Below are positions 24,546-44,405 of a DNA stretch of 64,000 nt, in pieces. The position numbers and the translations under genes were made by a program. The notes beneath the pieces are model-generated. The model saw only the letters and a list, made by a program, of their open reading frames with translations. It was not told the DNA's origin and ran no database searches. The first letter of the stretch is position 1; each line of letters opens with the position of its first letter. Origin of the DNA: the human T2T-CHM13v2.0 reference genome, Homo sapiens; the NCBI RefSeq assembly GCF_009914755.1, contig NC_060926.1, one strand, 5' to 3'.

Positions 24546-26956
24546 TCATATTTTAATAGTAACAAAATGTGTTTGAGACAGTTTTTAATTCTCACATGGA
24601 AAAGATATTCAATAGTAAATCCCATCTTCATTTTCTCTGAGAGAGAAAAGCCATGCCCTGGTTTCCTACATATGGTAGTTGTCCATTTATATCAGGCTAT
24701 GCTTTTATGCTTTCACTGTAAAGCTATCTTTAGATATATGTAAGGACTTTTTTAGGATTTTATTATTAATGTAATATATCCATAATTAAAATTTATAGAT
24801 AGAAATGAATACATATTTGTTTCTTACTCCAGGGGTCTAAAACTACAGTTTGTTGTGTTTATTGCTACTTCTGGCAGACTCACAGAAGATGTATATTTAT
24901 ATATAAAACTCATAATAATAGTTGCACTTATCACTGCCACTGGAAACACATTAGGTATAAAATCAGCAAGAAAAAAAATGCTGAGCTTTCAGGTTTTTGC
25001 AGCAATAAGATGCTTATAGCCAAATTGAAAAAGGCTTAACTAAAGAGTTGTGCCTTGCACTGTGAGTTGAAATTCAATAACCTGAGGTTTTTATTGAACC
25101 ATGAGAAAACAGAGTATCCAAACTTTCATAAAACATGCTTTTTTTGTAAGTCACATATGTTTTTAATCTAGAAACTGTAGCTACTGAATTGTACAATGTG
25201 AATTTAATCAGTGGCATATTACTATAAATTAAAAACAATCAATAAATCAAATATAGAGATCAAAGTAAAATCTTCAGCTTGTAACAGTTAATATTTATTT
25301 AAATGCTCAGCTTGAAGGTCTTTAAAATTGAAATAGAGACAAAGACAATATAAGACTTCATTGGGTTTGGCATAAAAGCTATACTTTCAACACCAAAAAA
25401 CAAACATTCATGACATCAGAAAAGTGCTCCAGGCTACAGACAAACCTAAGAATCTAAGAGAAAGAAGAGATTAAGAATTTCTAGTTATGATCTGTATGCT
25501 ATAAACAGATTGATCTAGGGGGACAGATTATGTTTTCATCTCTTTATCCCAGTGCCTGGTACAAACAGTCCATCACATGATCAAGAGTGGATTATAAATA
25601 CCTGCAGTAGAATAAAGAACATGAAAGAAATACAGAATATTTTAGTTGTCCAGAACACTAACCCAGCAAAATATTGGCAATGAGAATGATAATGATAAAA
25701 TGAAAAATTCCATTAATCTGTTCAACATGTCATCAATACTATAAATGAAGAATCCTCTTCTACCATAAAAATTCCAGGAAGAGCCTTCTCTATTATGGGA
25801 TGCTTCCCATCTTTTCTCAAATATATACAATGGAAAGCAATGGCATCTTTTAACATCTGTCCATCTTCATCAAGTTAGAGTCAACTGAGTAAAACAACTA
25901 GGCAGACATTATCTCCTTAATTTATTCTTCATTTCTATGATTTCCAAAACTATGTGATTACTGTAAAAATGACTTTTCCATAAGGCATGCCAATCTATCA
26001 ACTATATTGAAATAGCTGTACTCTGTAGCTAAAATTTCTAAGTCCTACAAGGTAATGTTTTCACTTCTCAAAAATCTTCTCAGATTATGAACTTAATGGT
26101 ACTGTTTTAGAAAACTGAAAAGACTTTCTTACTCATAAAAGGAGCAGACCAAAAATGCTCAACTTGCCCTCCACAATTTTGAATGTATATTATTCACCTA
26201 CTAGGAAAACAGAATCCCACTTTATTAATAATGTTGGTTAGGAACATATATTTAGGATAACAAATACTACCTCATTCTTTCTTCTGTATTACTAATAACA
26301 CCTCTCAGGAATCGTAATTCTGAGCAGTACAATGTGGTTAAAGATAGAAATATGTAAAAGGTGGTATGAATTTCAGAATGTAAAGGTCACAATGGGAATT
26401 GATGGATTCTGGCAGAGGCATTAGTGTACCCTTAGGTTTGTTTCATTATTTCTTGTACAGATTAAATATCAGACTACATTAGATTAACTAGAACAACCTC
26501 TACTCTTCATAGTAAAATGCCCAGGCTTCAGAATGAAAAATATACCCTCAGGCTAGAAGATAAATCCAACATTTAAGTGTGTAAGTTCAATTTGCACAGA
26601 AGCAGACCATTTTGATATGCACCAAGGTAAAGAGTCTTAGGGGTCTAAAATGCACTAGGGAAAGCAAAACATAAGTAAGAAGAAAAAGAAGAAAATGTAC
26701 ATTGCTAAAGAAAAACCGGGAATAACTCCCAATTCTAAGAGTATTATGGTCTACACCTGAAGATGAAACAAAAGAATTACTTCCTTATTGTAAGCATAGG
26801 GTCATTTGTTAAAGATAGAAAAACTGGAAAACTAGGACAGAGTCCAACAATAAGAATCCAGATTAAAAATGTTAATAGAGTTACATAATGTTATATAAAA
26901 AGTGTATCACTATATGTTCAAAATCTGATAAAATTACAAAAATAAATTTAAGTACC

Positions 26957-29900
26957 AAGAGGGACCAAAATGGCTTATTAGAAGCAGCTGCAGTCCATGG
27001 CTCTCACAAAACAGCAAGTGAATTCTATATCTTCAACTGAGGTATCCAGGTTCTGACATTGGAACTGACTTAGCAGTTGGCTTGACCCATGGAGAGCAAG
27101 GAAAGTCAGGGTGGGGCCAGGAGAGGCACGGAGCCAGGGAAGCCCCTACTCCCAACCAAGGGAGGTGGTGAGTGATAGTGTGACCCTTCCCAGAAAACCA
27201 TGCTTTTCCTATAGATCTTTGCAACCCACGGATCAGGGGATCCCTTTATGAGCCCACATCACCAGAGCCTTGGGTCCAAATCACAGAGCTCTGTAGATTA
27301 TCAGCAGAGTGGCCACTTCCGTGGACATGCAGGGAAACCCAGGAGTTTTGCATGCTCCAACCCAGGAATTCTGGCAAGGCAGGAGAGCCCATGGATTCTT
27401 CTAGTAAGGACCTTGAATCCAGGGAGCAAAGTAGTGTCATTCTGCAGGCTCCACTCCCACAACACCTCACAAATTAAGACCCACTGGCTTGGAATTCCAG
27501 CTGGCCAGCAGCAGCAGGTTGGAGACAGCCTGAGATGGACCGAGTTCCAGCAGGAGGGGCAGCTGCCACATTTGCAGTTCAAGTTGGCAGTTCTAGCTTG
27601 CTGGCACCCAGGACCAGAGGTATTCCCCCCAAGGCAGCCCAGCTGCTCTGCGTGATTGTGGCCAGTCTGCTTCTTTAAGTGGGACCCCAATACATCCCTC
27701 CTCACTGGGTAGGGCCTCCCTGAAGGAATTTCAGCAACTCCAGCCAGAGTTATACAAATAAAACTCTGATCTCTCCCTGGGATGGAGTCCCCAGGGCCAG
27801 GGGCAGCTGCTGTCTTTGTGATTCAGCCAACTTAGTCTTTCCAGGCTGCTGGCTCTGAAGAGGCTGGGCAGTCAGTGCAGTGCACCTGCTCTGCCAAGGG
27901 ACAACCAGACGGCTTCTTTAAGTGAGTCCCTGATCACATTCCTCCTGACTTACTTAGTGGGACCTCCTGACAGACTCTCCAGATACCTCTTACAGAAGCA
28001 TTCAATGGGCATCAGGTCAGTGCCCTCCTGGGACAGGGCTCCCAGAGGAAGGAGCAGGCTGCCATCTTTGCTTTTTGCAGCCTTCCCTGGTGATACATCT
28101 AGGTGTGGGAGGGGCTGAGGTGACTACATTCTGGAGTGGACTCCCAGCTAACCACAGCAGACCTACTGGAAGAGTGGCCTGATTGTTACAACAAACAAAC
28201 AGAAAGCAACAACATCAACAAAAAAGACCCTAAAAACCTTATTCAAAGGTCAGTAACCTCAAAGATTGAAGGTAGATAAGCCCATGAAGGTGAGAAAGAA
28301 TCAATGCAAAAACGCTGAAAACTCAAAAAGCTGGGTGCCTCTTCTCCGCCAAATTACCACAACATCTCTCCAGCAAGGGCACAGAACTGGGCTGAGGCTG
28401 AGATGTCTGAATTGACCAAAGTAGGCTTCAGAAGGTGGGTAATAACAAACTTTGCCTTGCTAAAAAAGCATGTTCTAACTCAATGCAAAGAAGCTAAGAA
28501 TCATGACAAAACAATACGGGAACTGACAACCAAAATAGCCAGTTTACAGAGGAACATAATTGACCCGATGGAGCTGAAAAACAAAACATGAGAACTTCAC
28601 AAGACAATCACAAGTATCAGTAGCAGAATAGACCAAGCAAAGGAAAGAATCTCAGAGCCTGCAGATCATCTTTCTGAAATAGACAGGAAGACAAGAATAG
28701 AGAAAGAAAGGATGAAGAGGAACAAACAAAACCTGCAAGAAATATGGGAGTATGTAAAAGACTGAACCTACGACTAATTGAGGGACCTGAAAAAGATGTG
28801 GAGAATGGAAACAAATTGGAAAACGTGCTTCAGTATATCATCCAATGGAACTTCACCAATCTAGAAAGACAGGCAAACCTTTGAATTGAGGAAATCCAGG
28901 AACCACAATAAGATACTCCACTAGGAGATCAGCCCTAAGACACTTAATCATCAGATTCTCCAAGGTTGAAATGAAAGAAAAAAATGTTGAGGGAAGCCAG
29001 AGAGGAAGGCCAAGTCACCTACAAAGGGAAACCCATCAGACTAACAGCAGACTTCTCAGTGGAATTTCTGCAAGCCAGAAGAGATTGGGGTCCAATATTC
29101 AACATACTTAAAGAAAAGAATTTCCAACCCAGAATTTCACATCCAGCCAAACTAAGCTTCAGAAGCAAAGGAGAAATAAATATGCTTTTCAGACAAGCAA
29201 ATGCTGAGGAAATATGTCAGCACCAGGCCTGCCTTGCAAGAGCTCCTGAAAGAAGCACTAAATGTAGAAAGGAACTACAAAAGCACACTGAAGTACACAG
29301 ACCAGTGACACTCTGAAGTGACCACATAAACAAGTCTGCAAAATAATGAACTAGCACCATGATGACAGGATCAAATTCACACATAACAATAGTAACCTTA
29401 AATGTAAATGAGCTAAATGCCCAAATTAAAAGACACAGAATGGCAAGCTAGATAAATAGTCAAGACCCACTGGTATGCTGCCTTTAGGAGACCCATCTTA
29501 TGTGCCAAGACACACATAGGCTCAAGATAAATGGATCAAGGAAAATTTATCAAGCAAATGGAAAACAGAAAAAAAGCAATTCTAGTTTTTGACAAAACAG
29601 ACTTTAAAACACAAAAGATTTTTTAAAAAGACAAAGAAGGGCATTACATAATGTTAAAGGGTTCAATTCAACAAGAAGAGCTACTATCCTAAATATATAT
29701 ACACCCAATACAGGAGCACCCAGATTTATAAAGCAAGTTCTTAAAGACCTTCAAAGAGACTTAGACTCCCACACAATAATAGTGGGAGATTTTAACACCC
29801 CACTGACAATATTAGACAGATTATTGAGACAGAAAATTAACAAAGATATTCAGGACCTGAACTCAGCTCTGAATCAAGCAGAACTGTTAGAAATCTACAG

Positions 29901-32900
29901 AACTTTTAATGGGTGCAGCACACCAGCATGGCACATGTATACATATGTAACTAACCTGCACATTGTGTACATGTACCCTAAAACTTAAAGTATAATAATA
30001 ATAAAATAAAATAAGAAATCTACAGAACTCTCCACCCAAAAACCAGAGAATATACATTCTTCTCATTGCCACATGGCACTTACTCTAAAATTGATCACAT
30101 AATTGGAAGTAAATCACTCCTCAGCAAATGTAAAATAACTGAATTTATTAAAAACAGTCTCTCAGACCATGGCATAACCAAATTAGAACTCAAGATTAAG
30201 AAACTCACTCAAAACCACACAACTACATGGAAATTGAACAACCTGCTCCTGAATAACTCCTGGGTAAATAAGGAAATGAAGTCAGAAATCAAGAAGTTAT
30301 TTGAAACTAATGAGATCAAAGGGACAATATATCAGAATCTCTGGGATGCAGCTAAAGCAGTGTTAAGAGGGAAATTTACAGCACTAAATGCCCACATCAA
30401 AAAGCTAGAAAGATCTCAATTCAACAACCTAACATCACAACTAAAAGAAGTAGAGAACCAAGAGCAAGCAAACCCCAAAGCTAGCAGAAGAGAAGAAATA
30501 ACCAAGATCAGAGCAGAACTGAAGGAGATAGAGATACAAAAAACCATTCAAAAAAATTAATACATCCAAGAGCTGGTTATTTGAAAACATCAATAAAATA
30601 GACCACTAGTTAGACTAATAAAGAAGAAAAGAGAGAAGAACTAAATAGACACAATCAGAAATGACAAGCAGGATATCACCCCTTACACCACAGAAATAAA
30701 AACAACTATCAGACAATACTGTAAACACCTCCATGCATACAAACTAGAAAATCTATAAGAAATGAATAAATTCCTGGACACATACACCCTCACAAGACTC
30801 AACAAGGAGAAAACTGAATCACTGAATAGACCAATAACAAGTTCTGAAATTGAGGCAGCAGTAAATAGCCTACCAACGAAAACAAGCCCAGGACCAGATA
30901 GATTTACAACTGAATTCTACCAGAGGTACAAAGAAGCACTGGTACCATTGTTATTGAAACTATTCCAAACAGTTGAAAAGGAGGGAGTGCTCCCTAACTC
31001 ATTTTGTGAGGCCAACGTCATCCTGATACCAAAACCTGGCAGAGATACAACAATAAAATAAAACTTCAGGCGAATATCCCTGATGACCATCAATGCAAAA
31101 ATCCTCAATAAAATTCTGGCAAACTGAATCCAGCAGCACATCCAAAAGCTTACCCACCATGATCAAGTCAGCTTCATCCTTGGGATGTAAGGTTCAACAT
31201 ACACAAATCAATAAATGTAACCCATCACATAAACAAAAGCAATGACAAAAAACACATGATTATTTCAATAGATGCATAAAAGGCCTTCAATAAAATTCAA
31301 CATCCTTTTATGTTAAAAACTCTCAATAAACTAGGATTGAAGGAATATACCTCAAAATAGTAAGAGCCATATATGACAAACCAACAGCCACTATCACACT
31401 GAATGGGCAAAAGCTGGAAGCATTCCCCCTGAAAACTGGCACAAGACAAGGATGTCCTCTCTCACCACTCCTATTCAACATAACATTGGAAGTTCTGCCC
31501 AGGGCAATCAGGTAAGAGAAAGAAATAAAGCATATTCAAATAGGAAGAGAGGAAGTCAAACTGTCTCTGTTTGCAGATGACATGATCCTATATCTAGAAA
31601 ACCCATTGTTTCAGCCCAAAAGCTTCTTAAGCTAATAAGCAACTTCAGCAAAACCTCAGGATACAAGATCAATGTGCCAAAATCACTAGCATTTCTATAC
31701 ACCAGCAACAGGAAAGCTGAGGGCCAAATTATGAATGAACTCCCATTCACAATTGCTACAAAGGAAACAAAATACCTATGAATACAGCTAAAAAGGGAAG
31801 TGAAGGAACTCTTCAAGGAGAACTGCAAACCACTGATTTAAAAAATCAGACAGAACACAAACAAATGGAAAAACATTCCATGCTCATGAATAGGAAGAAT
31901 CAATATCGTGAAAATGGCCATACTGCCCAAAGTAATTTATAGATTCAATGCTATCCCCATTAAATTACCATTGACATTCTTCACAGAATTAGAAAAATCT
32001 ATTTTAAAATTCATATGGAACCAAAAAAGAGCTCATATAGCCAAGACAATCCTAAGCAAAAAGAAGAAAGCTGGAGGCATCATGCTCCCCAACTTCAAAC
32101 TATACTGCAATTCTACAGTAACCAAAACAGCAAAGTACTGCTACAAAACAGACACATAGACCAGAAACATGGGACAGAATAGAGAACTCAGATGCACACC
32201 TACAGCCATCTGATCTTCGACAGAAAATTGAAACTGGACCCCTTTCTTACACCTTATACAAAATTAACTCAAGATAGATTAAAGACTTATATATAAAACC
32301 CAAAACTATAAAAACCCTAGAAAGAAATCTAGGCAATACCATTCAGGACATAGGCACAGGCAAAGATTTCATGACAAAAACACCAAAAGCAATTACAACA
32401 AAAGCAAAAATTGATCAACGAGATCTAATTAAAGAGCTTCTGCATGGCAGAAGAAACTATCACCAGAGGAATAGACAACCTGCAGAATGGGAGAAAATGT
32501 TTGCAATCTATCCATCTGAAAGAGGTCTAATATCCAGAGTCTACAAGGAACTTAAACAAATTTACAAGAAAACAAACACCCCCATTAAAAAGTGGGCAAA
32601 GGACATGGACACTCCTCAAAAGAAGACGCTAATGTGGCTAACAAACATATGTAAAAAAATCTCAACATCACTGATCATTAGAGAAATGCAAATCAAAACC
32701 ACAGTAAGATACCATCTCCTGCCAGTCTGAATGGAGATTATTAAAATGTCAGGAAACACTAGGTGCTGACAAGGGTGTGGAGAAAAAGGAAGTCTTTTAC
32801 ACTGCTGATGAGAGTGTAAATTAGTTCAACCATTGTGGAATACAGTGTGGTGACTTCTCAAAGACCTAGAGGCAGAAATACCATTTGACTCAGCAATTTC

Positions 32901-33440
32901 ATTATTGGGTACATACTCAAAGGAATATAAATTCTTCTCTTATTAAGATACATGCACACATATGTTCACTGCAGCACTATCCAACTAGCAAAGACCTGGA
33001 ATCAATCAACCCAAATGCCCATCAATGATAGACTGGATAAAGAAAATGTGGTACATATACACCATGGAATACTATGCAGCCATAAAAAGGAATAAAACCA
33101 TGTCTTTTGCAGGGACATGGATGGAGCTGGTAGCTGTTATTCTCAGCAAAACTAATGCAGGAACAGAAAAACAAACACTGCATGTTCTCACTTATAGGTG
33201 GGAGCTGAATGACAAGAACACATGGACACATGGAAAGAAGAACACACACTGGGCTGGGCTAGGAGGGGGGCCAGGGGGAGAGAGAGCATCAGGAAGAATA
33301 GCTAATGGACTCTGCACTTAATACCTGGGTGATGGGTAGATCTGTCCAGCAAACCACCATGGCACATGTTTACCTATGTAACAAACCTGCACATCCTGCA
33401 TATGTACCCCCAAACTTAAAATGAAAGTTAAAGAAAAAAA
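26957..33440 (+). mobile_element. Near full-length L1PA (L1PA10-12 class), ORFs disrupted
   Basis: 5'UTR ccaaaatggcttattagaagcagctgcagtcc. ORF1 remnant (TYKGKPIRLTADFS...ARRDWGPIFNILKEKNFQPRI). ORF2 ATG at 29362, EN GDFNTPL, RT FADD at 31570-31581. 3'UTR gagagcatcaggaagaatagctaatgg...aaaccaccatggcac plus A tail. TSD aaatttaagtac / aaatttaaatac. Deletion of ~75 bp at ~32220 relative to the copy at 42934-43040. Confidence 0.95.
29905..30013 (+). mobile_element. 109-bp extremely 5'-truncated young L1 (L1PA2/3-like 3' end)
   Basis: ttaatgggtgcagcacaccagcatggcacatgtatacatatgtaactaacctgcac...aaacttaaagtataataa plus tail. Perfect 16-bp TSD agaaatctacagaact (29889-29904 / 30014-30029). Confidence 0.97.
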
Positions 33441-33523
33441 ATTTAAATACTCACATTAGCCTAAGAGATATTAATATACCACTCATTGTAACTGATACAT
33501 TAAGCAGACAAATTAATTAGTAA

Positions 33524-35723
<2,200 letters not shown>

Positions 35724-36144
35724 TATAAGAGTTTAACAACACAGTTAGAAGTTTTATGTAATTGAAATACATGTATAATAGTGTGGACAATAATTTAAAA
35801 TATACATATTCTCCCTAAGCACAAAAATGGACATTTACAAAAAGCTTAGTTTCATTGTATACCATAAAACAGGCTTTGATTAATTACTATTCATCACAAA
35901 AAAATAGAGTAAATAACAACAAAATTTTAATCTACATTTTGTAAATTCATAGATATACTTTTAAATATATCTATATCAAAGAAGAGATTATACTGGAAAC
36001 TGGTAAATGCTTAGACTTAAAAAGTCACCAAAAATACATTGATAACTCTAAAAATTAAGTAACAACTTTTGACCTATCTCTGTAATTTAAATATCCATAA
36101 TAACATGTTGAAAAAATGTCTTTTATGTATCAAAAGTATCACAT

Positions 36145-36510
36145 TGATATGGTTTGACTGTGTTCCCACCCAAATTTCATCTTGAAATGTAATCCCCATA
36201 ATCCCCATGTGTGGAGGGAGGAACCTAGTGGGAGGTGATTGGATCATGGGGCTGTCTCCCTCATGCTGCTGTAGTGATAGTGAGTTCTTACAAGATCTGA
36301 TGTTTTTGTAAGTGTCTGGCATTTCTCCTGCTTGCATTTCTCTTTCCTGCTTCCATGTGAAGAAGGTTCTTGCTTCCCCCTTCACCTTCTGCCATGACTG
36401 AGGCCTCCCCAGCCATGCAGCAGACCTATAAGGTCAATTATACCTTTCTCCTTTATAAATTACCCAATCTTGGGTATTTCTTTATAGCAGTGTGAAAACA
36501 GACTAATACG
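36145..36510 (+). mobile_element. THE1 (THE1C/D-like) solo LTR
   Basis: tgatatggtttgactgtg ... gaggcctccccagccatg ... gactaatacg. TSD cacat (36140-36144) / cacac (36511-36515). Confidence 0.93.
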
Positions 36511-38489
36511 CACACAAATCAAATAGGAAAACTAGAATACAATAAGTTTTACAAAGACAAACAGGTCTTAAATAGGCTCATCAGTAAAACTAACATAGAT
36601 GAGAAAAGAATCTGTTCTTATGAATATAGGTCAGCAGAAATAATCTCAACTGAAATACACAGAAAGACAAAACCAAAATCTAAGATCTGTAGAATCTTGA
36701 AAAAAACAACGGTTGACTTTTAGAATGGTAGCATGAGGAGCTCCAAAAACCCATTCCCCAGTAAAATAACCACAACTGGCAAGAATTATTTCTTTTGAAA
36801 AACCCCACTTGAAGTTTCTGGAATTGTCCTGAGGGCTTAGAGGCAATGAAGAAACATTTATTAAAGCAAACCTACTACATTTCAATAAGAACAGTGAGAA
36901 TCTGTGGCACTTAAGCCAAGACTTGGTCCCTCCCTTGCCCCTTTTCAGCTTAGTATAACAGGAGCTTTATTTCAAATGGGTGTAGCCAAAAGACAGGGTC
37001 CTCTTTTTGGTCAGTTAGCTAAGAAGGTAGAGGTTTCACGTAAGAGAGGCTAGAAAAAAATACCAGAAGCTATCACTCCCACACAGTGACATATTTGTAA
37101 AGTATGGGTATTATTTGCTCCTTCCTTTCTGAAGCAGTGGTTCAGAGATGTTTTTTGGTAGGGAGGGCAGTTCATGTGAATAGAGAACACTGAAGCTCTC
37201 CTAAAAGAAAGTGACTTTATTTGAAACAGAGTATCAGGAAGTTCAAACCTAAATTAATTAAAAAGAAAAAGATTTTGATAGTAAGCAATTAAGAGGAGGT
37301 TTGGTATCTCTATGACAGCAACAAGCTAAACTATAGGCCAATTAGTTACCCAGAGAAAATGAGGGAAAATGACAGCTAAATAGAACTCTTCTGGAAGAAA
37401 TAATCTTCAAAAACAGTTCTCAATAATGACCTTCGTAAATGAGCCAAGATATACTGAATCAGACTGTAAAATAAGTGAGGACCGAGGACATTTTCAAACA
37501 CAATAGAGCAATCAACAAGAAGTGAATAGAGCCTAATAGCTGAGTGTGATACTAATAGACGATCTAATTTCTAGAGAAATCAGAGAAAGGCACAAAGAGA
37601 GCCCTGCTAAAATCACCATCATTGCAGGCTGACTGCACACATGGCCAAAGCTCAGCATACTAAAAAGTGATATCAAAGGCTTCAAACTGCAGCAGACTTG
37701 ACTAAATCAGTCCAGCCAAGTCACTAAAAACATAAACAAGCAAACAACCAAATGAGTCCTTAAAGGACAGAGAGAATATTATACCGAATTACTACAATAC
37801 ATTATCTAATATGAGTTGACAAGAAAAAAAATATGAGACAGACAAAGAAACAGGAAAGTGTGACCAATATAAAAGACAAGCAAGTAACGAAAACTGGCTG
37901 TAAGAAAGTCCTGATGTCAGATTTAACAAGGATGTCAAAGCAGCTGTTACAATATATACAATGAACTAAAGGCAACTTTGTTTGTAAAGTAAAACTATGA
38001 TGATACTGTCTCATCAAATACACAAATACATATAAACCAAGAATGTTATATCCAGCAAAGTTATCTCTCAAAAGTGAAGGCAAAATAAAGACTTTTCCAG
38101 ATAAATAAAATCGGAGCGAACCAAATACTAGCTGACTCACTTAACAAGAAGTACTTTAGGAACAGGAAGTATTTTAGGCTCAAAGCAAGTAGCCTCAGAT
38201 AATTTAAAAATAAGACAAAAAGAAAAAGACCACCAGAAAAGGTAATTATGTAATTATGAGTGACAGTATAAATGCATAGTTCCTTATCTTTCTTTTTTTC
38301 TGTAAAAAGCATTTGTATAAAACAGGAATGTAATTGTATTTGGGAGCCTATAATATATACGCTTGTATTGCACTTAACAATATCAGCACAAAGGAGAAGG
38401 ATGATAGGCAGAAAGTATTGGGATTAGAAAATGATAAAATATGGTATTTTAGGAGGGCTGGGGGGGATTTTAAGGGATTAGAAAGTGTT

Positions 38490-38670
38490 TATATTTTATT
38501 TGTGTACATTTCAGGGGTACAAGTACAGTATTGTTACAGGGATGTACTGCATAGTGGTGAAGCCTGGGCTTATAGTGCTGCCATCACCCAAACAGTATAC
38601 ATTGTTCCCATTCATCCCTCACCTCCCTCCCACTGTCCCACCTTTCCTAGTCTTCAATGTCTGTTATTCC
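38490..38670 (-). mobile_element. Short L1PB (L1PB4-like) 3' end
   Basis: ggggtacaagtacag...tgcatagtggtgaagcctgggctt...ccatcacccaaacagtatacattgt...ccctcacctccctcccac. Confidence 0.8.
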
Positions 38671-40836
38671 ACCAGAAATAGTAAATAAGTAGTTTAAGAT
38701 AAAGAACTGTATAACAATATGCTTGCTTTCCTTTTTTTCTCTTAGGTACTTTAATAGCTATAACCTTATATTTAGTTATAAATATAACAATGTATTCCTA
38801 GCTTTATTATGTATATAGGTGCAATACATACAACAATAATAGCACAAAAAGAGAAGAAGGAAACAAAACTATATAAATCTAATATTACTATGTCTCACTG
38901 ATATACAGTTAGTATTAATCTGAAATAGATCTTGATTAACTAAGATGTATATGGTAAGCACAAAAAGAACCACTAAGAAAATAACTCAAAAAATCTAATG
39001 AAAAAAATCACTAATGAAATTAAAATATCATGGTAGAAAATATTCATTAAATGCAAAATAAAGCAGAGAGGGAGAAATAGAGTAAAAAATACATGAGATG
39101 TATGCAAAACCAAACATAAAGTGGAAAATATATGTTTAACTATATAAATAATAATATCAAATTTTAATGGATTAGATAACCTAATAAAAAGGTAGATGTT
39201 ATCACACTGGATTACATAAAGTAAGATCTAACCATATACTCTCTGTACAAGACACACTTTATATTCAAAAATACAAAACAATCAAGTGTAAGAGGATGAA
39301 AAACACATACCATGCAAAAAGCAACTACAAGAAAGAGGTAGGGCCTATATGACTATCAGATAAAACAGATGTTAATATAAAAATGTTACTAGAGATAAAG
39401 AGAAATATTTTACAATGGTAAAAGGGTCAATCCATCAAGAAGATAAAGCAACTATAAACATATAAACACCTAACAACAGAACACCAAAATATTTAGAGCA
39501 AAAACTGACTGGATTGCAAAAAGAAATAGACAGTTCAACAATAACAATTAGAAACTTCAATACCCCACTACAATAATAAACAGAACTACTAGGCAAAAGT
39601 TCAACAAGAAAAAAGAAGGTTTTAACAACACTATAAATCAACTAGACCTAATAAACATCTATGGATATTTCTACTCACCAACAGCAAAATACACATTCTT
39701 CTCAATTACACATGGAACATTCTTCAAGATAGACAATATGCTAGTCATAAAACAAGCCTCATAAAACTTAAACATTGAATTATGTAAAGTATGTTCTCCA
39801 ATCACAATTGAATAAAAGTATTTTAAAATAACAGAAAAAAATGGGAAATCACAAATATGATGAAACTAAACTACACTTCTAAAGAACACATAGGTCAAAG
39901 AAGAAATCACATGGACAATTAGAAAACAGTCAAGATTAATCAAAGTGAAGACACATTATACCAAAACTTCTGTGACTTCCTGCTGGCAAGGAAGAGTGGA
40001 GAAAAAAACAACCCCTGGGATGCAGTAAAATCAGTATTTACATGAAAACTTAAGAGCTGTAAATGCTTATATTTTAAACTCTTAAATTAGTCATGTAAAC
40101 TTTCACCTAAGACACTAGAAAACTAGAACAAACTAAACCCAAAGCAAGTATAAGTAAGGACATAATACATATTTCATTGAAAATTAATGAAATAGGGAGC
40201 AGAGAAATATGACATAGGGAAAGCCAACAAAACCAAAAGTTGTTTCTTCAATAAGACATACAGTGTTAACAAAATTTTAGGTAAAGTAAACAAGCAAAAA
40301 GAAAAGACTCAAATTACTAAATTCAGGAATAACACAGGAGCTATAACTACCCAATTTACCAAAGTTAAAAGGCTTATAAGAAAATGCCCTGAATAATTGC
40401 ATAATAACAAATTAGATAAGCTACATAATTAGATAACCTACAAAAACACAACTAGTGAAACTGACTAAAAAATAGAAAATATGAACAAACCTATAATACA
40501 TAGTTAGTAATTAAAAATATAACCACAAAGAAAAGCCCAGATCCATATGTGTTTATTAATAAGTACTACCAGACATTTAAAAAAGTAATTCCAATCGATC
40601 ACAAATTGTTATCTACAATATAATGGGAAGAATTTTGTCTCAACTCATTCTATGAGTCAAGTGTTATACTGATATCCAAAACAGGCAAGGATTCCTTTAG
40701 GTATTAAGATGGGGGTGGGAGTACTACGTACTATTATCTCTTATTATTATACACAGAAAATTCCTTGAAAAGATACTAGTAAATTAAATCCAGTAATTCA
40801 AGAAAGAATTACATACTATAAATAATATAATTTATT

Positions 40837-41273
<437 letters not shown>

Positions 41274-41343
41274 TCAACATCTTTTCATGAAAAAAAATCA
41301 ACAAAATACCAAGAAACTTCCTGAACCCAATAAAGGTATCTAC

Positions 41344-41391
<48 letters not shown>
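41344..41391. repeat. (AAT)n/(GATAAT)n microsatellite
   Basis: Seen directly. Confidence 0.95.
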
Positions 41392-41878
41392 CCCATGTAA
41401 TGCCATACTTAATGGAGAAAGACCGAATGCATTCCTCTGAAGATCGGGAACAACAAAAGGATGTTCACTCTCTCACTTCTATTTACCATTGTGCTGGAGG
41501 TACTACCCAGAGCAATTAGGCAAGAAAATGAAATAAAAGTCATCCAGACAGAAAAAGAAATAAAATTCTATTTATTGGCATATGTCATCATCTTGCATTT
41601 TAAAAATTATAAAGATCCAACTAAACAAATATAAGAACTATTAAATAAGTCCAGTGAGGTTGCAAGATACAAGATGAATACATTAAAAATAAATTGTATT
41701 TTCATGTTTGCCACAAACAATCCAAAATTGAAATAAAAAAGTAAGCCCATTTGTAATAGTATCAAAAAGAAGAAAAACATAGATATGAATTTACCAAAGT
41801 CCATGCAAAAATGTTGCTCTTAAAACTACAAAGGATTGTTGCAAGAAAGTAAAGAAAAACTACATTAATTGAGAGAAA

Positions 41879-44228
<2,350 letters not shown>

Positions 44229-44359
44229 AGAAAGTCAAGTGATAGAGCATAGCCACACACACACACAAAAATGAGCTAAATTAGAGGACTCACACTTAAA
44301 GATTTCAAAACTTACTACAAAACTACAATAATAAAAACAGTATGTACTGGCATAAGGAT

Positions 44360-44363
<4 letters not shown>

Positions 44364-44404
<41 letters not shown>

Positions 44405-44405
44405 T
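44364..44405. repeat. (TG)n microsatellite
   Basis: Seen directly. Confidence 0.95.

Noticed and set aside
27033-27705. Overlapping ~135-aa ORFs on both strands
   Set aside because: They lie in the GC-rich 5'UTR of the older L1PA and show no ORF0 signature or other homology.
38270-38900. Loosely repeated blocks (...acaata..agcacaaa..gagaag) in the L1MB inter-ORF region
   Set aside because: Weak similarity, likely intrinsic to the old L1's inter-ORF sequence.
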